From NCBI GenBank assembly GCA_000002445.1, contig CH464491.1:1184001-1248000 (forward strand): a stretch of DNA of 64,000 nt, given 5' to 3'. Made by a program: the position numbers and the translations under genes. A model generated the notes under the pieces. The model had not been told where the DNA came from. It ran no database searches and saw only the letters and a program-made list of their open reading frames with translations. The DNA comes from Trypanosoma brucei. Taxonomy: Eukaryota. Shown piece after piece: positions 28,760 to 38,923 of this stretch (positions are counted from its first letter, which is position 1; the number at the start of each line of letters is the position of its first letter).

Positions 28760-31700
28760 TCACGAGCTACGTGCTGCACCCTTACGTTGCTCCCGGAGCA
28801 CCATAAGCTGTCCCATCATATCACTCACTTGCTGAACAGCGGAGAGTTGTTGCTGTGCCGCTGCACCTTTCGCTACTTGAATGAACTGCGCGGGTGGTGC
28901 GCTTGCTGCCGAGAGGGAACACAGATTAACGGCACTTAACAAAAGCGACCAAGCATTGCAACTGTCAATGGGGCTCACAAAATCAGCTTCGTCGAGCAAG
29001 TTTTCCTCCTCTTCATCGCACCCCGCGCCACCTTTACCATCCTTGCGGGCGGCAGCGGCTTCCATGAGAAGCGCCTGCAGGTGGCCCTCGTCTGCCATGC
29101 CATTAGCATCCAAATCGTCATCACTATCCTCACCATCGTCGTCCCACTCATCATCATCATCCTCATCCTCATCCTCAGCGTTGTCCACCAGATCGTCATC
29201 GAGGCCATCATTACTCCACTCATCTTCGCCATCATCACCAAGCTCAGGTTTCTTCGCTTCCTCCTCAGCCATCACGAGTTCAGCATGGCTAAAGTCCGTC
29301 AGCACACTGCTCTGGAGGACACCGCAAAGTACCTCGGCCACACAATCAGACATCTGTTGGTCTTTGGCGCACATTATTTGTGTGACGGAAGCAACCGTCA
29401 TAATGAAGAGACGACGATCGTAAGACCGCAGCATCGCTTGCAATTCCTTTCCCTGTACCAACTCTATGTAGTTCGCAAACAGTGGTACCAAGGCACCGGC
29501 AGAAGAGAGGGATCTAATGGCAAGATCCGGATCGGCGAGAATCGCAGAGAAGACGCTGTTCACGAAAAGTATTGTGAAGGTGCGTCGATGCATTTGCCTG
29601 CACTGTGGATCGTTCAAGACTCGAAGCGCCGTCTGTATCACATACTCAACAAGTCCTCTTGCTGCAGCAACCCGACTTTCACCTTCCTCTGGGTTCTTCT
29701 GTTTGAGTGACCAAAGATTTTGCAGCATGGAATCGTACATCTTGGGCACAGCAGCAAGCTCACTCAGACGCAAATCGCTTTCGTTGTTAAGCACAGTGTC
29801 GCACATTATACTGACGAGTTGCGCAGGAGTAGAATCGGCGACACCTGCTGCGAATGTCGGCACCTCGCAAAGTTCTTTCATGGGAAAACACAAGAATTCC
29901 CGTGGGGCAACACAAACAAAGTTGTCAAGTGGAGGCAGCATCTGGCTAAAGTAATCCACGGATCCTTGTGATACTAATTGATACAAGCACAACAAAAGTT
30001 TCCAAGTGCCAGTGGAAACAGCAGTGCTTTTAGATAGCACGGTGGTGAGAAGCATTAGCGTTGCATCCATGAAACCAAAACAACTACCACCTTCTTGCGC
30101 TAACACAGCAAAGAGCATCGGAGCTGTACGCTCCTGTATTTGCAAAAGTAAGTCATCAACAGGCTGGGAGCCAGGCGTGGAAACATTTGGTTGCGGGAGC
30201 GATCGAACGAGCGTCACGAGGGTATCGAGCACCTCGTCGGCGGCCATAATAGAATCAGAAACAGTGCTCTCACCAGCACCACCGAGCGTTTTGGACGATT
30301 TTTCACTATTGCAAGCATCAAGTGATTCCAAAACAGAGTCCGTATGTCCTTCTGAAAGGGCACGTCCCAACATTTGCTCAAAGTGTTGAGCGAGTACGTC
30401 CGTAAGCTGCAGAGCCCATTGCGACAGTGTTCTGCGGTAGTGCCGAATCGTTTTCCGAAGTGTGCGTACCACACCCTCATTGTCCATCATCCGCATAGCG
30501 CTGAAGTAGTTTTGAATAACCTCGCCGATAACGGGTGTTATCACTTCATGTGCAAATGGGTGGCATATAAGTGGTGCAAAACTTGAGCAAGCTTGGATGC
30601 GCACTGGCGGCTCGGCGTCCTGCAACAGTCGAAGTACCACATGAACAACTCGCTGGTACGCCTGAGAGCTACTCCATTTAATCTTGGGGGCCAGCACACT
30701 AAGTACAAGCGCACATCGTGCCCGGAGAATACCAGCGGGGTATGCCGCTGCGGGTATGATGTATTCGGTAATGAGCCACTCCACCCTCTCATTGGGAAAT
30801 CCGGCAACATCCAGCATACCACCGAACTGGTAAACAGCAAAAAAGCATGCGTCCACCACGCGAGATTCCTCCACAGCTCCACAAGCGGCCGCGGCCGAGT
30901 GGGTCGACAACTTCTCAAGAACAAAGTGCATAAAGTTTGTAAGAGCCAATGCGTCGTGGAACGGTCGCGAGGGTGTAGTGAGAGCCAAAATGAGACTACC
31001 AGACACGACTCGTGCACTGTACATATCTTCTTGAGGGTCAGTCTGCCGCCGAACGTACTCCACGGGGTTCGTTGACCAAAGCTCAGCATCTACAGAGGAA
31101 AATGCAAGCCGAGGAAACAGCAGCTGTGTGAGCAACTCTCCTGCGTTCGGAAACAATATTTGACGGTACACTGCACTGTGCTCGACAGCCAATGTAATTA
31201 TCTCAAGTGCCAAAATGTACGCCTTAGAAGTGACGATGCGCGGAGAGGCATGCCACCGAATAAATTCAAGTGCTTGTTGAACAAGCGGCAGCAGGATGTT
31301 TTCACAGAAGTACTTTGCAGAGCCCCTAGCGCGCGATTCGCACTTCTTAGGAAACATGAGTTCTTGAACCAACTGATAAGAAAGTCGGGTCACCCACTTG
31401 AGTAACTTCCATACAGCCGATTCGTCCGTAGTGGCGAGATCTACCTCGCCGTTCTCATCGTCTTCACAGCTACTGATACGATGACGGTAGAGTGGTAGCA
31501 GTGTTGAGTATGCTGCTTCCGACAATTGCACCACACAAACCCGGCAGAAATGTTCCATCTCAGGTCTTTCACAAAGAAAACGAGGCCACCGCGAGGCCGT
31601 GAGCTCGTGGAAACACTTAAGCACAATACGCAGGCAGTCGGTTAGCACCGTATGCAACGGCGATATTTCAAACGTAAGTGGCACTCCCGTCTGACACACC

Positions 31701-32365
31701 GCATGCGAATGTTGAAGCAACTCCTGTCCCCACGCAGAGCCCAACAGCTCCGCCAGAGACACCAGCGAAGGACCAATGCGGTCAACGAAATCGTCCACCG
31801 CCTCTGCGTCGACATTTATTGGATTATTGTAATACCTGCAGCAAGCAAGCAAAACGCCTAGTGCCGCCCTAAGCCTGGCGGCTGCTGTTTCATAAGGTGG
31901 TGTCGCAACAGCGCCCACATCGCTGTTAAGTACATTCACGCATTCATCGAGGATAGATGTTAACTGGGGCATAAGTGTTGGCCAAGACGCCGGATAGTCA
32001 TATGTGATAAGTTCTTGTGTGGTATCCAAGAGCTGTCGACGAACCGCGGGTGGAACATGCGATGAGCACTGCAGCGGCACTATACAATCACGTACGTTAG
32101 CCTTTACATTCTCCGTGAAGTATGATTGGCGGTTCCAGTCACTGCGACCTACCACGTTGCGTACACGAATAGAAGCTGCGTGCTGCGCGACTTGTGCTGC
32201 CGCACCGGCCTGTCGTAAGTCGTTGCAGGCAAACCGAATAAGTTGCGGGATAATATTGGGGTCGTTGGAGAGATTCGCCAGTGCCGTCTCCGCTTCCTTA
32301 CGCGTCGCTTTGTCCGCAGAGAGCGTGGCAGTAAATATTTGCACCAGCGTCTCTTCGTCCACCAT
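28760..32365 (-). CDS. importin-beta family nuclear transport receptor (importin-7/8/Nmd5/Sxm1-like) with an acidic C-terminal tail, 1201 aa
   Basis: N-terminal importin-N domain: ETLVQIFTATLSADKATRKEAETALANLSNDPNIIPQLIRFACNDLRQAGAAAQVAQHA. HEAT-like helical repeats run throughout. Poly-D/E tail: EDEWSNDGLDDDLVDNAEDEDEDDDDEWDDDGEDSDDDLD. Confidence 0.8.
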   Translation of the reverse strand: MVDEETLVQIFTATLSADKATRKEAETALANLSNDPNIIPQLIRFACNDLRQAGAAAQVAQHAASIRVRNVVGRSDWNRQSYFTENVKANVRDCIVPLQCSSHVPPAVRRQLLDTTQELITYDYPASWPTLMPQLTSILDECVNVLNSDVGAVATPPYETAAARLRAALGVLLACCRYYNNPINVDAEAVDDFVDRIGPSLVSLAELLGSAWGQELLQHSHAVCQTGVPLTFEISPLHTVLTDCLRIVLKCFHELTASRWPRFLCERPEMEHFCRVCVVQLSEAAYSTLLPLYRHRISSCEDDENGEVDLATTDESAVWKLLKWVTRLSYQLVQELMFPKKCESRARGSAKYFCENILLPLVQQALEFIRWHASPRIVTSKAYILALEIITLAVEHSAVYRQILFPNAGELLTQLLFPRLAFSSVDAELWSTNPVEYVRRQTDPQEDMYSARVVSGSLILALTTPSRPFHDALALTNFMHFVLEKLSTHSAAAACGAVEESRVVDACFFAVYQFGGMLDVAGFPNERVEWLITEYIIPAAAYPAGILRARCALVLSVLAPKIKWSSSQAYQRVVHVVLRLLQDAEPPVRIQACSSFAPLICHPFAHEVITPVIGEVIQNYFSAMRMMDNEGVVRTLRKTIRHYRRTLSQWALQLTDVLAQHFEQMLGRALSEGHTDSVLESLDACNSEKSSKTLGGAGESTVSDSIMAADEVLDTLVTLVRSLPQPNVSTPGSQPVDDLLLQIQERTAPMLFAVLAQEGGSCFGFMDATLMLLTTVLSKSTAVSTGTWKLLLCLYQLVSQGSVDYFSQMLPPLDNFVCVAPREFLCFPMKELCEVPTFAAGVADSTPAQLVSIMCDTVLNNESDLRLSELAAVPKMYDSMLQNLWSLKQKNPEEGESRVAAARGLVEYVIQTALRVLNDPQCRQMHRRTFTILFVNSVFSAILADPDLAIRSLSSAGALVPLFANYIELVQGKELQAMLRSYDRRLFIMTVASVTQIMCAKDQQMSDCVAEVLCGVLQSSVLTDFSHAELVMAEEEAKKPELGDDGEDEWSNDGLDDDLVDNAEDEDEDDDDEWDDDGEDSDDDLDANGMADEGHLQALLMEAAAARKDGKGGAGCDEEEENLLDEADFVSPIDSCNAWSLLLSAVNLCSLSAASAPPAQFIQVAKGAAAQQQLSAVQQVSDMMGQLMVLREQRKGAARSS

Positions 32366-32934
32366 CTCACTCTTTCAACCTCGTTTTCCTTTTTTCCTTT
32401 GAAAAGAAGTAGGTCCCTATTTATCCTTCTTTTTTCCTGATCTTTAGCTTACCTACTGGGCTCTTTATCCTACCCACTCGCCCTCCTACACGTGCCGCCG
32501 GTTCGTGTACAGAGAGAAAAAAAAATGGAAGAAACGAAAAGGCAGATGTGCTTTTGGCATCCATTCCAAAACCGTTCACCTCCAGTTCCTCCCATATCCT
32601 TCCATGGGCCACTGTTTAACACCCTTCGTCCATTTAGTAAATTACACTACTTGATTCCTTCCCGGAAATAACCTCATATGGTTACCAAAAGACTCCCCTC
32701 AGGTTATAGTTTAAAGCAAAACGCTAAACAAGTACACACAACACCGAATAACGGCACGAAGGCGTGCGTCAACAGTGACCAGAAAAAATTAAACATGTGA
32801 ATTGCTGCTTCATAAAAGCGCATACCCTCATGTGCGAAGCAGCGCACACATAAAAATATACTCAGAAAGTTGTCTGTGGACCTCGTTTGCTTGCAATCAG
32901 TACTTGCCCCTTTAGTGGACCGACGCTCCGCCCG

Positions 32935-33606
32935 TCAAGGGGCAATGCCCATACTGCCCGCCTTTCCTTGTTCCGCTATTTCGTTCAGACGCAGAAGATG
33001 CGTAGAAATTTGACGCATATGTTCCCCAATAACGTTAAATTCCCCCTCTAGAATTTTAAAGTGTTTTGAAATATCTTGAAAGGGTCGCTCCGTGAGCCCA
33101 GCGTCTCTACGCCACGGCAAGGGTTGTTGATTCGTTACGGTGTTGTCAAACTCCATTCCACCAGGGACCTCACTATTGCGTGGAACTGATGCCGAGGAAC
33201 TAGAGTGTTTCATTGCATTACCGATATCGCTGTTGTTTGCCACGTGATTGCTTCTCTCGGCATCGTGACTACTATTGTTAAGATCAACTGATTGCCGGCG
33301 TTGCCCCTGTCCCTTGGGGGTGCCGGTGCCGCTGTTGTTGGAGCTGCTGTTGGTCACTGGACCGTGGGGTGGTTCCGCAGTGCTGTACATCATGGTACGT
33401 AACTTGTGATCCCCGGAGGCCTCAGAGTTAAGCAAGCCACATGTTTTATAATATATTTGTGTCTCAATGTCCGCTATCTTACACAGTTCGCGCACAAAGC
33501 CCTCACGTGTTGCCGGAGTGCCGAATGCGCTCATATTTCCTGATGTGAAATCCTGCTCAATCTCCCGCAATTCCATCTCTACACTATTGAACTCATTGTG
33601 ATGCAT
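32935..33606 (-). CDS. hypothetical protein, 223 aa (Ser/Asn-rich middle region)
   Basis: Minus-strand ORF in register with the cluster. No family signature recognised. Confidence 0.45.
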   Translation of the reverse strand: MHHNEFNSVEMELREIEQDFTSGNMSAFGTPATREGFVRELCKIADIETQIYYKTCGLLNSEASGDHKLRTMMYSTAEPPHGPVTNSSSNNSGTGTPKGQGQRRQSVDLNNSSHDAERSNHVANNSDIGNAMKHSSSSASVPRNSEVPGGMEFDNTVTNQQPLPWRRDAGLTERPFQDISKHFKILEGEFNVIGEHMRQISTHLLRLNEIAEQGKAGSMGIAP

Positions 33607-33627
33607 CCACTCGACGTCGCTGAAAGG

Positions 33628-34113
33628 TCACTCTTCCTCTGCAAACGCGTTCGGAAGAGCACCACACGATACTTGGGGGGAAGTGACCGCACGAGTGAGT
33701 AAAGAAATAGGTAGAAAGTCAGAGTAAGTAATGAACCAGCCAAATGAATTACAGCAAGTTTTACGGAGGGCACCTGTCTCATTCATGTGGTAGCAGCGTG
33801 AGCAAAAGGGAGGAAGGGCCTGATGAAGGAAAGAAAGCAGACGGCGTTCCGTCTGGTATTTAATCCTTCTCAAAACAGCAGTCAAGCAGGGAACGGAATT
33901 AGAAATATATGGGTGGGGGTTGGCAAAGCCGCAGGGGAACCGACCCCTTAGTGTTGATATGTCTCTCCTCCACTTGGTTTTGGTTCCTTTGTTGCGTGAC
34001 CAAAACACCATACTCAAATACATCGAGTTACATTCGCCAGTACACCCCGTGTGATGCTTCAGCACTTGGTATTTGAAAACACTTTCCACGTGCTTTGCTT
34101 TTACACCATCCAC
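33628..34113 (-). CDS. questionable short ORF, 161 aa
   Basis: Cys/His-rich with an odd composition. It may simply be UTR of the neighbouring genes. Confidence 0.15.
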   Translation of the reverse strand: MDGVKAKHVESVFKYQVLKHHTGCTGECNSMYLSMVFWSRNKGTKTKWRRDISTLRGRFPCGFANPHPYISNSVPCLTAVLRRIKYQTERRLLSFLHQALPPFCSRCYHMNETGALRKTCCNSFGWFITYSDFLPISLLTRAVTSPQVSCGALPNAFAEEE

Positions 34114-34203
34114 GTTGTTCCACTAATAACCCCGTCTCATTTTCTGCAGTAAATCGCACTCTGCGCACCCTCTGCTCAGCAATCACCTGTCTCTTCCTGC
34201 GAT

Positions 34204-34926
34204 CTATGTCAAGTAATTGTTCACATGTAGATTCGGTACTAACTTTTGAAGAAGCACGTGCCCCGCTAGTGTTTCATTTGTGATCTTATCTATGGTTGAG
34301 CGGAGTATATCTACCCGCATATTCGCCTCCTGTAACTTCGCCGCCCTTCGCTGTTCTTCATCTCCCTGTTGCTGAAGCTGGATCTCGCATAGACGCCGCT
34401 CCTTTAGCAGCTGTTCAATACGACCGTTCAAATCATTCAGCTCCGTGCGAAGAGCGGTTTGAATGACTTGATGCCGTTTGAGCAACTGCTCCACATCCTT
34501 CACTTCTTCGATAGCACTTTGCAACTCAGCACGGTACACATGCACACGGCGACTCGTGCTCAGTAGCCTGCGCGCCTGGCGCTCCGCTAACTCTGCGTCT
34601 TCTCCCGTGCAACTGTTATGGATAATTTCACGCACTTCCGCTGGAAGTGGCCCCTCCAGCGCTGCAAGCGCCGAAGACGACGGGACTGACGGGTCAAGCT
34701 GCGAAACGGTGGAAGGGGACGAGGGCAGACACACCACCGCGGTATTCGTTTGATTATTTTTGTTGATAACTGACGCCGCCGCTGTAGGTGGTGTGGAGGG
34801 CGCAAGAGAAGGAGAGGGGGACGGCGGGGATGACCACCGGCGCCTTATAGGTTTCTGCTGCACTGTTCGCTCCTGCCGTGAACGACCATGAAGGCCTTGG
34901 ACAGTTAAGCCAATCGGTTGTTGCAT
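34204..34926 (-). CDS. hypothetical coiled-coil protein, 240 aa
   Basis: The C-terminal half (AELQSAIEEVKDVEQLLKRHQVIQTALRTELNDLNGRIEQLLKERRLCEIQLQQQGDEEQRRAAKLQEANMRVDIL) carries heptad-like periodicity. The N-terminus is Pro/Ser-rich. Confidence 0.5.
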   Translation of the reverse strand: MQQPIGLTVQGLHGRSRQERTVQQKPIRRRWSSPPSPSPSLAPSTPPTAAASVINKNNQTNTAVVCLPSSPSTVSQLDPSVPSSSALAALEGPLPAEVREIIHNSCTGEDAELAERQARRLLSTSRRVHVYRAELQSAIEEVKDVEQLLKRHQVIQTALRTELNDLNGRIEQLLKERRLCEIQLQQQGDEEQRRAAKLQEANMRVDILRSTIDKITNETLAGHVLLQKLVPNLHVNNYLT

Positions 34927-35434
34927 TACAAGATGTATTTGGTAGGCTATGCGTTTGCAGACAAAAGAGAAGTGTAAAGGAGGTGCGGGTATTACCTTCT
35001 ACAAAAAATGGTGTAAACGAAACGTTTGTGCTTAAGTATATATACATGAGCGTAGCCCCGCACGTGAAGCTAGTAGTCATGGTAACAAGGACGTAGACGC
35101 GTGAAATACCATTTGCAAAGAGGGAATCCAATAGTCCGGCAACAATGAGAAGGATGGGGCGGAAATAATCACTCTCCTGGTCAATAATATACCTCAGTCA
35201 CACAGCCGCACAAAGCGAAAGAAACTAAACAATCACATCTTCCGTTGGTATACGGCGTTATTTTCACAACGCGCATACAATAAGTGTAAGTTTAAACCAA
35301 AATTAACACGAGAAGCACGAACACATGCACATCAACCCCGTGAAGCATCAGAATTAATTTAGATGAAAGAACGTTGTTTTTTGTTTTTAACGGGCGCCTA
35401 CCGAAGAACTTCCCTGATCAACATCTCTTTTTTA

Positions 35435-36184
35435 CTACACCTTTCCGTAGCGAGCAAGTAGTTTCTCCATTCCTCCAAGGAGTTTCATCTGACGATCAAT
35501 GGCTGCCCCATCGATCCGAGCCCTCTTGTATAACACCTGGCGCCGCCTCTCCGCTAGTAGCGTCTCCAGGGAGAGGCCCCGAACGGAATAACAATGAAAC
35601 ACCAAACCAACCCATACAGCGGTGTAAGCTATGAAGTAAGTCATGGGCTCCACAAGATTCCAGTCAAAAACGACAAAAACCCAGCGGAAGAGTACAATGA
35701 ACTGCACAATTAGTAATATAACAATCAAGTAGCGCAGTAACGGTAGATATAGGTTGTCAATGTAGTCATCAACACGGTGCTTCGCAATAACCTTCTGGGC
35801 AATCTCGTCGAGTTGGTGTCGCCAAGCACCTTCCAAATCACAAAGAACGCCATTTACGCCCTCCCCATCACTTTTAAATACGCCTTGGAGGACATTATTG
35901 AAAGCTGTAACGTCCGTTATCACTGCAATTTTTGACGCAGTGCCCGTGCCTGCCGCACGGTATGAGTGGAACAATGGCAACGATTTCTCTGTCAAATTAT
36001 CTTCAAGTACAAAGGAAAGACAATCTTTGTTAGTACCGCCACAAGCACCGGCGGTACAACCACCGACTCCAGTGCTACAGTATGCACGTGGTTCCAAGTA
36101 CGTGGAGAGAGACCGACGAATAACAAATAGTTTGGCAGTGCACCTCACACGGAGCCCAACAGCGCCGGCAAAAAGTGGGTTCAT
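35435..36184 (-). CDS. hypothetical membrane protein with two predicted transmembrane helices, 249 aa
   Basis: Hydrophobic segments LIVILLIVQFIVLFRWVFVVF and YFIAYTAVWVGLVFHCYSV. The hydrophilic N-terminal domain contains Cys and Gly. Confidence 0.5.
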   Translation of the reverse strand: MNPLFAGAVGLRVRCTAKLFVIRRSLSTYLEPRAYCSTGVGGCTAGACGGTNKDCLSFVLEDNLTEKSLPLFHSYRAAGTGTASKIAVITDVTAFNNVLQGVFKSDGEGVNGVLCDLEGAWRHQLDEIAQKVIAKHRVDDYIDNLYLPLLRYLIVILLIVQFIVLFRWVFVVFDWNLVEPMTYFIAYTAVWVGLVFHCYSVRGLSLETLLAERRRQVLYKRARIDGAAIDRQMKLLGGMEKLLARYGKV

Positions 36185-36439
36185 TTGATTCCTAATTATT
36201 TTTCTTTTGCTTCTATGATAGGCTCAAAAAAAAATAAAATGCAAGAGCACAAAAACGATCAAGGACACCCTACAAAAAGCATATACTCCACGGAACGGCA
36301 TACGACATCTAAAAGACGCCTGAGACGTCCACGGAGGGGAGGGAGAAGAAAGTGAAGACTCCATAGAAACAACAAAAGTTGCGCCCTCATGAACAATGGA
36401 ACAGAAGAGCAAAGGATGGGAATGATGTGTTTATGCCCC

Positions 36440-37273
36440 TCAAGAATCCAACTTCGCCCCCGAAATGGCACCAGCGCAAACAACGCCAAAGCCGAGGCCC
36501 ATGAAGAGGCGAAAGAACATACCCCCACTGTTCCACGTCAGCAGCATCCCTATGATGCCGTAGCCACCAAAACGACCAGAAGTTCGGAGCCACCGCTCCT
36601 CTTCAGGGGACTTCCGGAGACGCATGGCTGCGCTAACCAACGTATCCACCTGCTCCTTGCTATAGATTTGATAAAAACTGGGGTCGTGTACCTCCACCGC
36701 CTGCTTTCCAACACTTACAACACCATAAGGGTCTAAGAAATCTTCGTACGACAAAGTTTGAGCCTTATCATCACCAGAAGAGTGCCCACAACCACTCCAT
36801 GAAAACGTTAGCCTCGACCATAGCCAATGGTGCTGCTGCCCTTCAGCATTCTCCTTCTCCCTCTGCATCCGTTGATGTTGTCTCCATGCTACCATAGCTT
36901 TCGACCGTTCCCAAAGAACCGCGCGGGCAGCGCGCTCCTCGGAGCAGCCGCAGAAACCATCATAGTAGCAGGCGTAAGCAATCCCTCCGAGAATTCCTAT
37001 GGGCGTACTGTACCCGGCACTGGGGTAAAAGTAGTGATGCAGTTTAGAGAGCTCGCGGTCGGCAAAGGAGAGCCGCGGGCGGCGGTAGCCGTAGAAGTAC
37101 AAAACAGAAAGCAAATACCCAATAGGAACCACGCGCCGTACGCCCTGCATGGCCCGAGACTCCATGAGAATAGTGCCCGGTTGTTCCGTGCTGCGCGCAC
37201 ATTCCATGTACTCGGGGTAGTCTCGAGGGTCTATCTGGTAAAATAAGATGGATAAACGATCTAAACCGAACAT
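36440..37273 (-). CDS. hypothetical membrane protein with glycine-zipper-like segments, 277 aa
   Basis: IGILGGIAYACYYDGFCG and GGYGIIGMLLTWNSGGMFFRLFMGLGFGVVCAGAISGA are GxxxG-rich, as in Tim17/OEP16 or Mic10-type small membrane proteins. This is inference only. Confidence 0.5.
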   Translation of the reverse strand: MFGLDRLSILFYQIDPRDYPEYMECARSTEQPGTILMESRAMQGVRRVVPIGYLLSVLYFYGYRRPRLSFADRELSKLHHYFYPSAGYSTPIGILGGIAYACYYDGFCGCSEERAARAVLWERSKAMVAWRQHQRMQREKENAEGQQHHWLWSRLTFSWSGCGHSSGDDKAQTLSYEDFLDPYGVVSVGKQAVEVHDPSFYQIYSKEQVDTLVSAAMRLRKSPEEERWLRTSGRFGGYGIIGMLLTWNSGGMFFRLFMGLGFGVVCAGAISGAKLDS

Positions 37274-37489
37274 ACCGGCACACCCCGTTGTTTTAGGGGT
37301 ATTTCCGCTTAATTTGGTACTTATCCGTAATTATCCTCTGAAGAGGCTACTGACTGGGTGGTTAGGTTTATATATGAATATATTTATTTATTTACGTGTG
37401 TTTATGTGCGCGCAGACGTAAAAGAAACCACAGCGTGAAAAAATCTGTTACGCACAGCGCGTCATCTTTGTTGAATGCGTCACGCCACA

Positions 37490-37730
37490 CACAAAAAAAA
37501 AGGCGGGAATTGAAAGCACAGGGTGAAGAGTAAGAAGAGATAAATAAGGTAAGGAGCCGAGGGTAAGCAAGTAGCAAGCAAGCACAACTACACCACAAGC
37601 GACCAACCGCACGGCACCAAGTAGCGGCGTGACGGTTGGGGAAAGAAGCAACGACGGAAGAGCAAAAAAGAGAAAAAGATGTAGCAAAAATGATGAAGGA
37701 GATCACAACAAGAACACCCAAGTATTCCGA
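37490..37730 (-). promoter_or_regulatory. Extended purine-rich (+ strand) region, a polypyrimidine-rich region on the coding strand, upstream of the 36440..37273 gene
   Basis: The + strand reads aaaaaaaaaggcgggaattgaaagcacagggtgaagagtaagaagagataaataaggtaaggagccgagggtaagcaagtagcaagcaagc...gaaagaagcaacgacggaagagcaaaaaagagaaaaagatgtagcaaaaatgatgaaggag. Confidence 0.4.
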
Positions 37731-38923
37731 AGATCTCATTATTTTCGGTGCATCACACGTAACCTTCTCCATTTCGCGCAACTATTTTGTATATATGTTA
37801 CCACAACTAAACGCACTTTGATTTCTCGGCCCCCCACAGATACATTTATCGCTGCTTCTATGCTTTACAAACCCCTCATACACGCACATATATACACGAC
37901 TCAACGACGGGGCAAAACGAAGCTGGACCACCAGGGGAAAAGAGGAGGACAAAAACAAAACAATAAATAGAACGACGGCTATATCAATGCAGCCAACAAG
38001 ACACACGTATCCTACTCTCCGGAAACGGCGTGGGGAAGTTGAAATCGGTGTGAAATGTCCGAGGTACAAAATCAGAGAAAACATCGACACAGAAGAAAAA
38101 AAAACAAGCAGAGAAAAAAGTAACCATCGAGAAAGCAAAACGAAATAAGGAGTACGAAAATAGAAGAAATACGTATGTATATATATACGTATATATACAG
38201 GTAATTGAGCACTGTGGTGAAGAATGAGCTTCAGCTCACGCAACTGCACTCAACGGCTCAACCGCAACACTTTGTTAGAAGTTGTGCGCGTCATATCCTT
38301 CAGTGTTTCGTCCGTGTCCAAAATGTTAACCGAAGCCACTCCCTTCCGTTGGAGTTGAACCAACCGCTTAGCAAAAGCTCCGTGCACATACACACGCATA
38401 CGCGTCCCATTCCACTGTGCCCACTTCCCATCCGACAACTTAGATCCACGCACCAAACTATTTTCGGATGTAGCATAAGGAACGGTGCAACAAGGTAAAG
38501 GTAAAGAGAACGGAAAACCAAACAACAATGATACGTCCCCCCACCCCACATCCGCTCCCTTGTCCAATCAAAATTCCCTACGAGCACTCCCACGAGGAAA
38601 CGCTCAGAAGCGGGGTCAACTTTTTGCAATATACCTGTGCGTGCACATTTGGAAAAAAAAAAAGAAAATACAAATGAAAAAGCGACGCGCTTTTTTTCGT
38701 CTCTGCTTCCTCCTTCCCAACAAACAAACTTTACTTCTCCTTTCGCTCGTTACCGATTCACCTTTCCACTTCTTTAACCTTATGTCATGTTACACACTTA
38801 CTTCAATTCAGTATTTCAAAGAGAAAAGGGTCGCGCTTCTCCGCGTAGACGAACTCAAAAACGCGCACACACGCAAAATTCCTTATCGGTACCAAATCAC
38901 ACCCTCCTGATTATGCACAAAGT

